Notes: a model not told the origin generated them from the sequence alone. A stretch of 64,000 nucleotides of DNA from Ptychomitrium polyphyllum (GCA_973851085.1 OZ316775.1:13082001-13146000), one strand, 5' to 3'; shown: positions 11,698 through 26,559, counted from the stretch's first letter. A program made the numbers and translations.

Positions 11698-13978
11698 TCA
11701 TAGCTCAGGAATGCGAATCTTGGGACAAGCATGAAGAGGAAAGGCCATTTCGCATGAGAGTTTCAGATTGTCGGTTAACTCAATTGGGAAATTGGGATCC
11801 TGAGACCATGAAATATGGTGCAATAGGCGTGCCAACCAAAGCTGAGCGGTTGCAATACCAAGAGCTCGACCTGGACAGACACGCCTCCCCGACCCGAAAG
11901 GGGCAAGTCGCAAATCAGTGCCAAGCACATCAAGATCAACACCACCTGCATCTTTCATGAATCGAGAAGGATCGAACACACTAGGGTTTGGCCACACAGT
12001 GACATCATGAGTAATTGCCCACATGTTAACCATGGCGGTGGTTCCTTGAGGTACATGATAGCCAGCAACGTGTGTGTCCTCATTGGCAAGGCGTGCCCAT
12101 GACAGGAGCGGTCCAGGTGGATGAGATCGCAATGTCTCCTTCAGAACGGCTTGCAAATATGGCAAACGGTCAATGTCCTTCTGTTGAACAATTCGGTTTA
12201 GCCCCACTACACCATCCAACTCTTTGTGGACTTGTTCCTGAATTCTGGGGTTCAATATCACCTCCGCTAAGGCCCATTCTGTGAGCACAGAAATTGTGTC
12301 TGTTCCTCGGAACACCATCTCCTGGAAGAGCAATATTCAAACGTTGAAAGTAAGTCGCAGCTCAGAAATCCCCAAATGTTCATTTGCACTCTAAGGTAAG
12401 AAAGCAGCGTCCACAAAACTGTTAAGAATAACCAGCGAATCTGATTTGAACACATTGAATCTAAATTCAATTTTAAATAACTCTATTGCCAACCTGCTCG
12501 TCTTAATCAAAATGTAATTGAATTCTAAGCAACATTTATAATTACTTGAGAGTACTTCTGCACCACATACAAATGCATGTTTATTATTTGTGCATCTTCA
12601 TCGCAATCTGATTCAACACAATCTACACTTACGAAAGTCAGACTTTAGACGATCAGTTGAATCATGAAACTAACCACATTGTATTGCAAACAGCCTGCCT
12701 GACGAGACAGAGAAAGGGAAATGAATTTACCCAGAGCACTGATATCATGTCGTCGTCGGACAGTTTTTGGTCACCTTCTAGGGAGAGCAACACATCCACG
12801 AAGCTAGAATCAGTTGGGTCGTCATGGTGGTGACGGCGTCTACGTTCATCGAGGATGGGTTGCACAAACTCCCGAACTCGCTTGATTAAGCGTCGGCAAC
12901 GTCTGGCATAAGGAAGAAAAGCGAAGTGGCGGAGGAAAGGCAGGTGATCGGCGCAGTTAAACTCTCCCAGAAGGTCAAAGCCTTCGCGGATCAAGGCCTC
13001 GAGCGCCTCTGCTTTGCTACATGAGCTTCCAAAGCTCAAGTGGAGCCCGAATACAGTGGTGGTAATGTTGTTAACCGCTGCTCGTTGCAGGTAAGGTCGA
13101 AGACATAGGCCAATGCGAGTACCCATGTCGTCTGTTGATGAAGCACCAGCTATGGCAGAGATCATGCGCGAAGTTTCGCACTGTAGCAACTCGTAATTTG
13201 CAGCAATCTGCTTGTGAGAGAACATGTGCGTGATAGCTATCTTCCTCAGATGGCGCCAGTATGGGCCTTGCACAGCGAATCCAATGGCTCGTGCGAATCC
13301 GAGGTCATGAGCGGCTTGCTTCAGCGGTCGGTCTCCGAACACTGTGCTGTGGAGAATCTCCTTGGCCACTTTGGGATCAGAGGACAGTACAATGCGGGTG
13401 GTACCCACGCTAAGTGCCATAATTTTTTGAGTGAAAGCTCCCCCATTCCACGCTTGCTTGGCGAGGTCCCGGTGCATCTGGCTGCCTTGCATGAGCCACC
13501 AGCTCCCCAGAATTGGCCATCCTCGTGGTCCATTCGGCGTTTGAAATGGCCTGTTGCGAAAACTCAAAAGGCGCGTAAGGGTCCAGGCCGGGCCGCCTTT
13601 ACCATACCATGATCCCACTACCAAGAGCATAGTGGCGCTGCTGATAATGTGCTTTAGTGACGACGTCCATGGCGTTTGTGCGATGAACTGCTCGGATGCA
13701 GTATCTCTCGAGAAACATTCGTGAGCAATGACGGTGAAGATGAGCAAGGCGACTGAAAAAATTGTGATTGCATTGAACACACGTTTGCAGTGCGCTGCTT
13801 TTGGCTTGACCAAGTAATAGCTAAGAACTTCTCGAGCCCTTTTCATAGTTGTCCTGCCGACGACTTCTCGGTAGGTGATGCAGGTACCGTCCTTGTAAAA
13901 TTGGACGTCTCGTTTGCTGATGAAAGTAGGCAAGTCCGCCAATGCAGGTAACAGATGTGCAGCAGGGTGGTCAGCCAT
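11698..13978 (-). CDS. CYP78A: Cytochrome P450 CYP78A subfamily (KLUH-like); 2 exons
   Basis: Exon 1 ends at 12731 (MISVLW|gt), intron 12322-12730, exon 2 11698-12321 (EMVFRGTDT). CYP78A hallmarks GGPAW, FARAIGFA, HPPGPLLSWARLA, TTAMVNMWAITHD and heme motif DLRLAPFGSGRRVCPG. Start uncertain (ATG 13978 or 13846). Confidence 0.93.
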
Positions 13979-14292
13979 TTGATCTCCGCCAAGCCAACTG
14001 TTTGGTGCTAATTCTAAAGTAATTAAGACAGGTTCCAAACTTTGATATCAGATGAGCTATTAGAGCTGGACATCAACGTGCCGCAGAATTATTATGAAAC
14101 TGCGCGGCAGGCAATCCTTGTGTACGCTTAAATCTTTGCAGTGTAATTGAACTAGGTTCAGCTGCATGCCAACCTCGCTAACAGGTCGCAGATCAATAAA
14201 TTGATATAATCTACACTTCAAGTACATGCGAACTAGTATATTCCTCGTATAACTTGTAGATCAATATGGGTCCATACACAGTGCACCTAGTG

Positions 14293-14442
14293 AGGACATT
14301 TCTAGGGAAAAGGGACTCTAGACAATTTGCTGGATGGAAAAAGTCTCTTACTGACAATGTCTCTAGGGCGCCCTGTCATATATACTAGACAAAGTTCGAT
14401 CGACGCAGCACATAATAAAAGATGATTAGTGATGCGACAGAC
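14293..14442. promoter_or_regulatory. Cluster of TGTCNN (AuxRE-core) motifs upstream of CYP78A
   Basis: TGTCTC 14358-14363, TGTCAT 14374-14379, and reverse-strand cores at about 14293, 14319, 14351, 14386, 14433 and 14437. Confidence 0.3.
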
Positions 14443-17400
14443 AAAAACTTATAAGAAAGTTTCTACAGGCTCACGTCCGTTGGCTTTCCAGTATGACCGT
14501 GGTCCATGGATTATTCCAAAGCGCAGAGTGTGTAAATATTGATGAACATAGCAGCTTGAAGGTCTGTCAACTAGCTTCTAGCTAATTTCTGCTGTACGCA
14601 TGCAACTGGCTCCTTACACCAAAAATGCTGCTAGTTAGCGAGCTCTGTCGTACGAATACTCCGTTGTATGCAAAAAAATATTGTGGAATTTTGATCAAAT
14701 GGAATAGCCTACAAATTTACGTAGACGACTTTCTTGATTCCATGAAAGATAACATGACAAGATCGTGTTCTATCTGCAATAAAACCCTAAACCTCTCGAA
14801 CAAGCGATTTGAACATAACACTGGAGCATGGAAATAATACTGCTAAATAATACTAAAAATAAAGAAAGCTATCATTTGATCATGAACGAATTTACAGGCA
14901 GCAACATTACCATGGACATTGTGAATTGCTAAGCAAGCTGCATGCAGAACAACGTCGACGATGAACATTGAGCTTGAAGAACACTTGCTTGCTTGATTCA
15001 CTCAATCATGTGCTTTGGTTCACATCAGCTGCAAAAAATCCAAGCAGTGCACAAGAATCCGAAGCTCGGAAGAGGAGATGGAGCTTTGTACAGTAGTACT
15101 TCCAACGATCGAGAGACTCGAGCGTCTGTCTGCAGTGCACTGTTGATCCTCTATAAGTTGACAGAAGAGACAAAACACGCAATTCTCTGACACTAGAAGA
15201 GGTAAGTCATTTTGCGTTCATTTATAGGCTTAATTTGCTTTTACAAGACCATGTTCCAAGTGTGACTAGCGCTTTGAGACATAACACATAACGTTGCCAT
15301 ATGGGACGCAGCCCCAGAATGCATGGATATTGCGATTTACTTGGTCAAGCTGCGTAGAACAAACGCATCGTATACATAGGCGGCATCATTACCATCTGAA
15401 GACCATTTCTCTCCAGACGAAAACCGAGGAGCTTTCTATGGCATAAATAGTGGGAATCCAAGCACCTCCAGACAGCGGACCTATTACATGTACCATAGCC
15501 TCTAGGTACTACGTCAAGCAATCTCAGTTCCACGAGTTAGGGAAAAATGCGGGGCATTACAACCACATACTTGTTACAATGGTAGTGCAAAAAGGATTGA
15601 AAACTTGGACAAGTTCAGATTCAGGGTTCAAATCAGCAAAAATAATTGCACTCCATTATAATGAACATTTGAGGAGGCCTAGCAAGGTAAGAATATAGAA
15701 GAACTACATGCAAATGACTGTTGATGCTGCTGAGAAAATACTAAGTAGTGCTAGCAAGTGCTAGAGTCATGTACAGTACATAGCGATGATGCTATTGAGT
15801 GAATGAGCTGTACGTGAGCTGGTGTTCACCGGCAAGGTTGGCAGCTTGCTCTTCATTTAAAATATGGTGTGATGACCTAAGTTTGATTTTTGTGTTCATG
15901 TTGGTCTTAGGACTCATGCACCTGTGCTCATTGCTCATGTATAAATCTTGTGAGTACTGCAGTGTGAGTACAGTTCTCACTGCCCACAGCTTGAGAGCAT
16001 CATTCTCTTAGCAACAGAAATTAGGCTATGTTGGAATGACCTAAGTGCTAATAGGACAAGCTCACTGGAAGAAATATACTCTCTTGAACTCAGAGATGTT
16101 ATTTTTGACAAGCTAACAAGTTTGAAAGGACTCATTCTATGAATGTGGAATTCTCAGTAAGAGTGGCTAAATGCAAGTTGTGACAGTGTTGTTCACATCA
16201 CCAACCTTCTTAGGATTGTTAATGATGGCGGACCACATTTGTAACATGGGGCCAAGGCATGCTTTCAGTGTCTTCATGGTCCCTTTCTATGTTGCAAATT
16301 TCGAGCTCTAAATTGTGCATATTGCTGTGGACATATTGCAGGCTTTATTTAGAGGAACATAGTTTAGTTTGAATGATTGCTCAAGTATTCTTCAGATGAT
16401 GGATTAGCCTTCATAAGCTGGCTGGTGTTCAGGTGACATGTTCCCCTCCAGCAGAGAGTTAGGTAAGTGTTATGTCCCCATATTCCCCACAGGAATGCAA
16501 GACATGGTAAAGCCGCATCTTTCACATGATCTGATGCACTAAATCTAAGCTTGATATAAGATTGCCTTCATCCAAACACCCAGAGTCACCTGCCCAATTT
16601 TATTACACTCTGGATGCGGTGATATCAAAGGCACACGTTGGTAAAGAATGTGGTTAAAGAGGGTTTTGACTATATCTAGATTTTTCAATGAAATATGAAT
16701 GAAATATGAATTGTTAAATAGTTGGAGGCATGACTACATCCTAATGGGACTATAGGTTCAAATTTTGGTCATGACAATTGTTGGACAAACAAGATGTTAA
16801 AACATCTTATACAAAGAGTATGATTCACATGCTTCACATGCTTCACATCAAGTCACCACAAAATAATATTCTTAACTATGGAAAGCTACAATCAAGGGTC
16901 ATTTTCGACTCATTTTCTTTTAATGAAACTTTTTAATTCAAAATGCCTATTTGAGGCTTTGAAGTAAGTTTGTAGTACTTTGGTCCATGCATGTTAAGAA
17001 AATGTTACAATTCATAATCCTAGTATTCAATTAGAGCCTTCAAATAACCAACAAATATAACATTATAAATGAATATTTATACCTCAATGTGAATACTTGG
17101 TATTATGTTTAATAATCTACTTTATTTCTTCCACTTCCAACTAGTTATTTAGTTTATAATGTCAAAATAACTCCATATTATTAAAAAAAAATCTTATTTT
17201 TCTTATTTATACATAATTTGAACTTCTAAAAAATAAAACTGTAGTTTTTTGCCTCTCATTTATTTATTTTTATATTACTTAATATTTTAAAAGTTATATT
17301 GAAGTAATTGAAGATAATATAAGGCCACATATTTGGAAGCTACTTTTGAATTTGTAAATTAAAAAATCACATAGGATAGAAGATTCAAATTCAAATTTCC

Positions 17401-20400
17401 CTCACATTAAATTTTTTAAAGTTGGATGAACAAGTAAAATTTTAATGATTTAATATTAAAATTTTTTAATTAAAAAAAAATCAATTAAAAATATTAATAG
17501 CCATTTTTCCTACAAAAATAATCTAAGGTAATAAAATAATCAAATTGAAGGCAATTTTGGATGGAAAAGCCATTCATTATCAGATTTTTAATAAAAATTG
17601 AAATGAAATTGCCAAACTTAGATGAATGTAATATTAGAAATTGCTAAAATTTGATTTCATTTTAGAAATATGAATGCATGTAGAAATTTTTGACCTTGTC
17701 ATATTATTTTATATGGCCAATTAAGCATTTGCTAAATACAACATAAATCTTAATTGGTAGGAAAATTCTTTATTCATTTAATTTGATTTTACTTCTAAAT
17801 GCTAAAGAAATTTTACTTTGTAAAGGATCACATAAATGCTACGTGGCTTTTATGCACGCTTTAATTTATACAAATTATAACAAGTTCTTTATTGAAGCTT
17901 TAAATGACTTTCATGAAATAGCTTAAAGATTCAAAAAAGAAATTATCCAAAAATTTGATTTCTTTGTATTATATGACCAAAAGCTTACAAATCTACATAT
18001 AAAATCTTTAATTAATAGTTATTTGTTCATTCAATTGAGAACGTAGTCTATTTAACCTCTAATTATATTAACTTATAACCATATCTTTACTTTAAGGCCA
18101 AAATCAAAATTCCTTTATATTAAATGCTTTTCAACTTGATGCATGAATTTTATCAATGAATTAAACTTTGTTTAGAGTGCAATTTGGTATTTCATTGAAA
18201 TTTGATTCTTAAACGTAGTTAATAAATTTTAAATCTACAACGCACATTCTTAACAAATATAAGAAAATGATGTGCTAGATTTGTATAGCATTGTTTATGA
18301 AATGTTATGTTTAAAGAGTCAATAGAAATATTATTATGAAGCACAAGGTTCGATTAAATGATCTAAATCTAATTGAGTATGTATTCTCAAACTATTTCTC
18401 ACCTCTACAAAATCATCTAGTTTATCAACTATAGTGACTCTCATACACGCTTGTCTTTGAAAAGGATTGAGGCTTCTTGGACACCCTCTTTTTCAAGGCT
18501 CTATATGAGGAACATATTCTCTACAAACTTTGAAACATGTAGATTGAGAAATATCCAACAATTTTGACACTTCTCATGTGCTACACCCATGTTGCAACAG
18601 GGTTATAGAAAGAAAAGAGTTCTTTTCAAGAATCTAGTAATATTGGTCCCATAATGTTGGTCCCATACAGTTATAGCTAAGTTGTAAAATTGGCTGCAAA
18701 ATTGCTCTGAGTATCTCCTTGTTTGAAGCACTGCAAAAAACTCTACTCATTCAGAGAAACACCCACAGAAAAAGAATGTAGGGCTCTAAATAAATGATAA
18801 GTGAAGTTGTAAATAAGTTATTACTTCGTGAATATCAGACACCTACAAGGTTGCATAGTGACGACCAATGGTTTATTGAGAATGCTGCTATAAGGTTAGT
18901 GCCAAACGGATGAAATCTAACGATAAGATAAATTCACAATATGTTGACCTGGATCACACCAATGGAGGCAATTTACAATGCAAAGTGTGTAATTACTGCA
19001 TTTAGCTGCAGTGTACTTAAGGCGCCAGCATCAAAACTCCAATATCAAACATGTTATGTAATCTCATAGCATTTGATTTAATAATTTTCTAAAGCCTCTA
19101 TAGTGAAGAATCACAAAAGCATAACGCCCTCGTTATTTAAAGGGAGAAAAGAAGGAAAGAAATAAGACAACCTGTAATTCAGTTTTAACATAATTCTTGA
19201 TGACATTATGGTTGACTGTAGCTAAGAAAATCATATGTGGTTTGTCTGCATAACAGCTAGTCCATCACGCACGACAGTGCCAATGAATCAGTCCACCACG
19301 TTTTGACAATGCTCAAGAGAATCAAGCCAATTTCGAATATGACCTTTGCAATGCTAACACTAGAGGCACTTCCAAAGCTACCATGAACAATTCAGTTTCA
19401 CTAAGTCGAAAATTAAAAGCCTTCATAGAGTAACTGACGTTAATTTCCTTTTATGACAAACCGTTTCACAGAAAGACCCAAGTACAGAAGAACAAATTCC
19501 AGAATTATGTGTAAGTGGTTGATTGGCAGAATGACACCCCTGCATGCACCTATGCGTGAAGCTAAACAAAACTACAGCTCCATTCATGCAAATGGCCACG
19601 CACAAAAATTAAAACGGTGCCTGTCCCACTGCTAAGTAATTGGGTCTTGCCAAGTTTATGCTTCTAGTCGAGTCTAGAAAAATAACACAAATTCCCAGAC
19701 ACGCATCCTATGTCATCACCCAGGCCCACATCCTTTTTACCAGACTTGTCACGAAGAATTTGAGAATTATCAGCTGACCAACACAGGCGACCAAGTACAT
19801 ACCAGAATAGAAGGGTCTGATCTACTGTGGTGTCTGGTGATTTACATTGCATCGATACATTCTCTCCTCTTGCCACTAGAAGGAATCAACATATCGATGG
19901 TTTCAGTCTTCATGGGACCACAGCAAAGCCACTCCCAGGCTGAGCTTGCATGCAGGTAACTCCCTGCACTTGCACTTCGGTTAGACATAATATCACAGCT
20001 CGCTCTTGTGACCACACAGAGAAATATACATTAAATCACAACATACTGTAGCAACCTAAGCTATCAGCAATAAACACAGGGCCAAAAGAAATAGCGACCG
20101 ATTGCTCTACTAAACTCTAGCCTGTACAACTCCTTCAAGCTTGGAACCTGCTGCTACGGTATATCTTTAGTTACAAGATAGAAGGTAATTTGCAAAGACA
20201 AAGTTAGTCGACCACTGTCTGAGGTGTTCCGAAGCTTCAAAAGAGCGTGAAAGTCACCTATATGGGAGTACAAATATATGAAGCTAAACTTACAACAACA
20301 CTACATTTTTCCAGTAAAACATGATCCTTGCTTTTCCACAGGTTTTACATAAGTAATCTTACTTGACATATTTACCTTGCTCATTTGACTCCAATCAATA

Positions 20401-20556
20401 GCACATGAAATGAGCGTCAAAAATGTTGCAGTACCTTATTAAGAACAAAAGTGGAAACATATTCCGAAAAAGAATGTACAACTCAAGTAGACTAAAACAG
20501 CATGAGGGGACCACAGTTGAATTCAGAATGTATAAAAAAACCTGAAGGTAGGTACA

Positions 20557-23500
20557 TCAATTTCTGTAGCCGATTCCAAAGTGGAATCGGCGTGCCTTAC
20601 TATTGTTAAATGCATATTCTAATCGCAAAGGTCCCAAAGGCGAGTCCACTCTAAGTCCTGCTCCATACCCGCACCCGTGCCCAGGTTTTCCACGCACTCC
20701 TGCGGGGTCCCCTGCATATAGAACAAGTATATTGCCGATACAGAAAACATAATCAAACCTGGGATAATTAACTTCTGTATCTGTCCAGTATCCCACTTTA
20801 CATATTTTTGTGTGCAACCATCTCATTAATGTTGCTGCCAAAGAACTGCCAACTGATATAAACCAAACTGATATGAAAATGATTGAACGTTAGTGTACAT
20901 CCTGGAAACACATGTACGTATTCAATGCTAAAAGACAACATTACCTGGTACAGTACTTCCAGAACCTAAATCAGAACCATAATCTGCAAAAATTGCGCCC
21001 TCCACAGGTCCAGCCTGATATCCACGTAGTCCATTTGTTACAACACATTTGCAATTCATAAAAGCCACTGATCTCATTCGAGGATGTAAATATGCCAGTC
21101 GCAGGCTCATGCAGAAAGAAACAGATCACCTAACTCAACAGGAAGAGAGGCATACAAGTGGAATAGAGATTTCGCCACTAGCAACAACACATGAGCGGCC
21201 TGATCCCACAGCCCCTTCATCGTAGCCTCGGACACTATTGGTACCCCCAATAGGGAAAGCTTCATGAGGTGCCAAATCACCAACTACAGTACCTCCTGAA
21301 AAACTACAAGCACAAGCCATGCACAAACTGTCAATTCACAACCATACACTACGATAGACACACCTATAAGTGGCTGGAATAATCATCTCTTACAGAGTCT
21401 ATCCACCCTAGAAACACAGCACTAAATAATGAAAACCACTCATAGATATTGACCGTTTCAAAAACAACAACCTTACACCCCCTCCCATGAACCAGGTAGC
21501 GCTTTTACAAGATATAAAATTCATGTTATGTTACTCAACATATGCTCGGTAAACACTACATATAACATGCATCGGAAAGAGTTCATGATCAGCTATTAAC
21601 CTTGCTATGCAACGGACAGGTCCGAGACGAAGCCCCTGCCTGGCGCGTATATTTATTCGGTTAAAAAACAGCCAATCTGGGGAAACAGGCAACCCTTGCT
21701 CTGTGTTGAAAACCAGCTGCAACCCAACAGAAAAGCTGTGTCATTAATAGGATTTTAGAAAGAAGACAGGCATATGCATGATCCAGAATATATCTCCTTA
21801 GGTACATACTGAGGGAATGTAAGAGTCTCAATACACATTCTAAAATGGTAATTAAATTACTTGAGATGAGCCGTTGTCTCCAGAATCTGTGTAGACAGTT
21901 TCCAGTTTCGTCACCAGCATGTCATCGAAAGCTCGACCACTGCACAAAGTATATTTCATAACGTTTACACCACAACAAACGCCAATAAAAACAGACGATA
22001 CTGCTAAGAGCACCACCTTGCACTCATACAAAATAATCTGTCTCAGACGCTGGCTATGGGATTTCCACTAGAGTTTGATGATTCAATTCACTTTCCAAGT
22101 AGAACTTGAAAAAAATGCTGACACGGAGATACGTTAGCTGCAAATGTACTCTTTCTCTCATCTAAAAGGAAATAAAGAGTAAATTCCGCACAAATTCACC
22201 AATATTAAAAACTGCGCTGGTTTAGAGTTAGGATGATGTTAATAATTGTAGACCATAAAAATATATGGAACAAGGACCAACCTGAATGTGAGAGGGCCGC
22301 CGTACATATCAACAATCTTCACTGACCCATGTTCATCTCGAGCTCCAGCCCTCTTCAAAGAGAGAAATAAAACCCCAATTTCTAATCAGTTGTCTCACAG
22401 AGATCTGATGGGGCCGTGGTGGATCAAACAAGACATATTAGATTCATAAATAAACGAACAAAGACTTACTTGGAAACTGATCCCAGCAGTGCCACTCCAT
22501 TTTGGCCGCAATGGTCGACTATAATCTACACCTGCCATTAGCCTACCTATTGTCACCCCCCCATGCAATGGACCAGTTGACAGCGCATCTTTGCGAATAC
22601 CATGCACAGTTGTCCCAGGTGCTCGTGAGTTCTGCAACCATAATAAGAAATTTAGCAAAACGTTACAGCCCTATATTGATAGTAATTAGGAGGTTCCCAA
22701 GTACAATGCAGAAGCTAACCCAGGAACCATGGCAGAGTGCTCCCATATCCAAAGTAACTTTCCACACATTGTAGGAACAATACCGCTGGCTTTTGCGAAC
22801 AGTATACATGAATGTGAAAAAAAAACATGGTCAGCCTAACTTTGCGAGTTAATATTAATAACCCCATACTACAAGAAATACCACCAGGAACCTGCTGCAT
22901 TGCATGGTGTACTACACCCAATAAATTTTACCTGAATATTTATGGCACGGGATGTCCGCTTATCATCACCTTCGATCCAAGGGTCGGTGTAGTTTATTCT
23001 AAACATAGAATCGACTTGTCCTCTCTCCAAAGAAACGTTAAGCTTCTGATTCCGTCCAAATGCGTTCCTATGTGAATAGGCAAAGCTGCAGTAATATAGC
23101 ACACATATGGACACCAATTCATCAGAACAAGAATGTGACAAGAAAAAATTTCAGATCTGTTATGCAAACCTTTAGTTTACTCTCCGTTAGATAAAGACGC
23201 AGAGTATGGGAGCAAAATATTAGTGCACCAGAACACCCAGTGCAAGAAGAATAAGCAGACACTAGAAACCACAGAGGCACAGATATGGACGTAGATAACC
23301 TACCTCCCGACAAGACCTGAGAGAGCTCCATTTGAGATCCTGCAAACAAGAAGCACTAGCTACAGTTAAATTGCACCTACCTGCAACTCATGAGAAAAGC
23401 GGAGAATCAGAAAAAAGCAATGGAAAATAACATCACTTGTTCCTGGAAAAAACAGTGACGTAAAAACTTACTTAAATCGACAAACTTTTCTCCAATGGCA

Positions 23501-25995
23501 GTGGCTTAGTGGTAAGGAACCTACCCATTGCCTGATAAACCACCTCCAGCTGAAAAGCCACCAGTCACACGCTCCACCACATTCATTGTCAAGTCCACCA
23601 TGCCTGTGTCTGGGCATATTCAACATTGATGACATTACAGTAAATGTTACAGTGGATCACATCCATCACATAGGTTTCAAACTAGAAGACATTTCCAAAT
23701 AAGCGAGGATAAGACGAAGAACACAGAATAGATATATCTTATATGATAGAACATACCAAAGAGAAAAAGACTAGTCCTTACCACCAGCAGGCTGTGGAAC
23801 CAAGTTCACATCCTCCATAATACCCATAGTAAATACAGTCTCAACATCTCGTCGCCCTTGCTGCAGGCTATACACCTGAAAATAAGCATAAATTATATGT
23901 TCATCATTTAGCATATAAGAAAACATAGTATTTGACTATTTCTAGGTCGAAGATGCAGTGCTTGAGAACGTGGGCAAATTCGAATATTCAATCTCTTGGT
24001 GATGATTTCAGAAAACCATTCACCTGTCCTTTCTTTGTTGTCAATTGCCGAAGAAGGGTCTCTGGCCTTGTCTTCCCACCTGTAGGCTCTCCACTGCAAA
24101 CACGAAACCGAAAAAAAAGGAGACGAATCCATCCCAATTAACAAAAAGAACGTACTGGCATTTACACTAAACAGAAAATCTATCATATTGAAGCCTGAAT
24201 TCATTCTCCAGTGGAGCTCTAAATATAAGTGCAACAGGCCACGTACGTCTTTCTATCCAAAAACCTAATGTTGATATTGTGCACCTCTGCCTCTGCAACT
24301 TGCACTTTAATCACACCATCCTGTAGAATCTCAACATCTGTAACCTGCAAATTGTCTACCACTCACAGTTAATTGAAGAAAAGAGTTTGCACACCAGATC
24401 CAGGTACGACCATCATCAGAACTCTCGATATGAAGATCTAGCACGTTAGTTGAATCTGGCTGCATTATAATGCGAATCGACTGGATAAAACTCCTCCCAA
24501 TTGATCTGACCACAACTTCTGAAAGCAATCCATTCCACCAAAGAGCATCTTCTCAAACAATATTCGAATCATCCCATACTTTACCTGTCCAAAAAGACCT
24601 CGGTCTCTGTACCAGCCATTAAGAGTATCTAAAACAGTGTTGAGCCGTTGAATGTTAACAACCTTTCCTGCACAACATCGATTACAAGTTAAAAACACAA
24701 CAATGTCGAATGTGTGCTTTTGATACAAATAACAGATTATCAATTCAATCTCAACAAGCCTAATCGGCTGATAATACATAGGCCGTACCCCAATGTGCAA
24801 AGAAGCAAAAGCGGTTGATAAACGTGATAATTTTATGCTGGATAAGGACATACCAAATTCATCACGGAATGCATTATGCACCACCCGGGTAGGAAGCACA
24901 TTGGCACCATTGCATACGAGCCCTTTCAATTCCTGGTTCGGCTCTACCTTCAATTAGAGCAGAGCCAAGGAGCCCAAAGACATGTCAAATCGATCATAAA
25001 CTGGAGGATGGACCCAGTACTTATAAACACGTACATAAGAAAGAAAAAGAAAACCCAAAGAACACAGACATGAAACGCACTGAATTAACAAAATACAACA
25101 AAAAAACAACTGCAGAAACCAAAATTTCAAAAAATCCACAAAATCCTGCAAAATTCAATTTTTCTGCTTCAAAGATCCTCCTGCTAGGTAACAAATTCAA
25201 GTCCCTCTCGTATTAATAACCAATACCCAAACACGTCCCTGTAATTGCAAGAGATCTAAGAACAATAAACCCTAACCAAAAAGGAATTGGTCAGTATACA
25301 TCAATTGAGCCAAATCCCCAGAGGTACAGCACCAAATTCAATTCCGAAATGCAACTAACCTTGAATATGAGGCGCACACCATCTCGAGTATCTTCAGCTG
25401 ATGGCATGCACGAAGCAAAAAAGCCCGTGTCTATGATTCGGTGTACATCCGCCTGGACCTCAGAGGTTGTCAAGGCAAAATTGGGCTTGCATGCCTTCAA
25501 GGCCTCCCATGCAGTGCTGTTGAGCTCGGGATCCGCGAGCTCCTGCCCATCTTTATCTTGTATCAAGATCTCACTGATGAGCACTCTCTCTTCCTCTTGA
25601 ATGCCTTCCTGACCAAGCTGCAGTCCAGGAGCTTTCCGCCGACTAGGTCGCACAGACTCCGGTTTAGGCTCCCCACTTTGGTCATTGCTCAAAGACAGCG
25701 AAGCCAGTCGCATTGGTGCAGCGTTCAGAAACGTCAGTGGCCTCTCAGCGGCGTGCTTGAGGACAGACTCTCGAGCCCTGGCCGTCACAGGACCCCATTT
25801 CGTGCAGAAAGATTGCACAAGCCCTTCAGCAGCGGACAGAAACTTCCCGAAGGGAGACTGATTAGGTGAAGAAGACCCGAATCTCGAGGGCGCCCTCCGC
25901 GGTTGATAGGGTGGGAGCTTCGCTTTCGAGAATGAAACTCGCGCTGGCGTAAGCTCCGCCGATGAAGCTCCAGGTGCTTGCTCCGACGAGCACAT
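20557..25995 (-). CDS. OEP80: Chloroplast outer envelope Omp85-family protein OEP80/Toc75-V (POTRA domains + beta-barrel); about 16 coding exons
   Basis: Motifs [91 protein letters not shown], and terminal [22 protein letters not shown]...[10 protein letters not shown]. Exons have GT-AG boundaries (first 25360-25995, last about 20557-20712). Confidence 0.93.
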
Positions 25996-26421
25996 GGTGC
26001 CCGCTAACACGTCGTCAATCCAATCCTCCCCAGTATCGCCCTAATTCGAGTATATTCAGAACCTTCCTTGCCCTACATTTTACAAGATGGTCTCTCCAAC
26101 TCCACTGCCCCCATCCAACACCCAAATTCTACCCCTCCCTGCAACACACAACATCGCAATAAGGCAGCATCAGAACTCCTCCACTCCTCTCCCAACATCA
26201 CAGACGCCGCAAATCCTCCCAGACCTCCCTACCCAGAATCAGAACCACAGACATTCTCCAAAAACTGAACACAGCAAAGCGCATTGAACGCTCACACCTC
26301 AACAATGCAGCCAGGATCGGAAGCATCGAACCCCAACATATTTCTCGCTCACCAAACCCTAATCAAAAATCTGAAGCCGATTCACCATCACCCAACCATT
26401 ACCTCCAGTCCTCAAACACCA

Positions 26422-26437
26422 TCTCTCTCTCTCTCTT

Positions 26438-26480
<43 letters not shown>
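26422..26480. repeat. Compound (CT)n(CA)n microsatellite, probably in a 5'-UTR intron of OEP80
   Basis: tctctctctctctctttctctctctcacacacacacaca... read directly. Confidence 0.9.
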
Positions 26481-26481
<1 letters not shown>

Positions 26482-26559
26482 CATGATTCCCATCATTCGC
26501 CTAAGAACCAGCTCCGCAATGCGCCGCCAATTCTTGAACTCAAATATCAACTCATCGTC

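Noticed and set aside
16700..18400. AT-rich blocks (also 31650-32900, 38500-40300, 42800-44400) as LTR retrotransposons
   Set aside because: No LTR pairs, PBS/PPT or gag-pol remnants visible; possibly ancient decayed TE DNA but not supportable.
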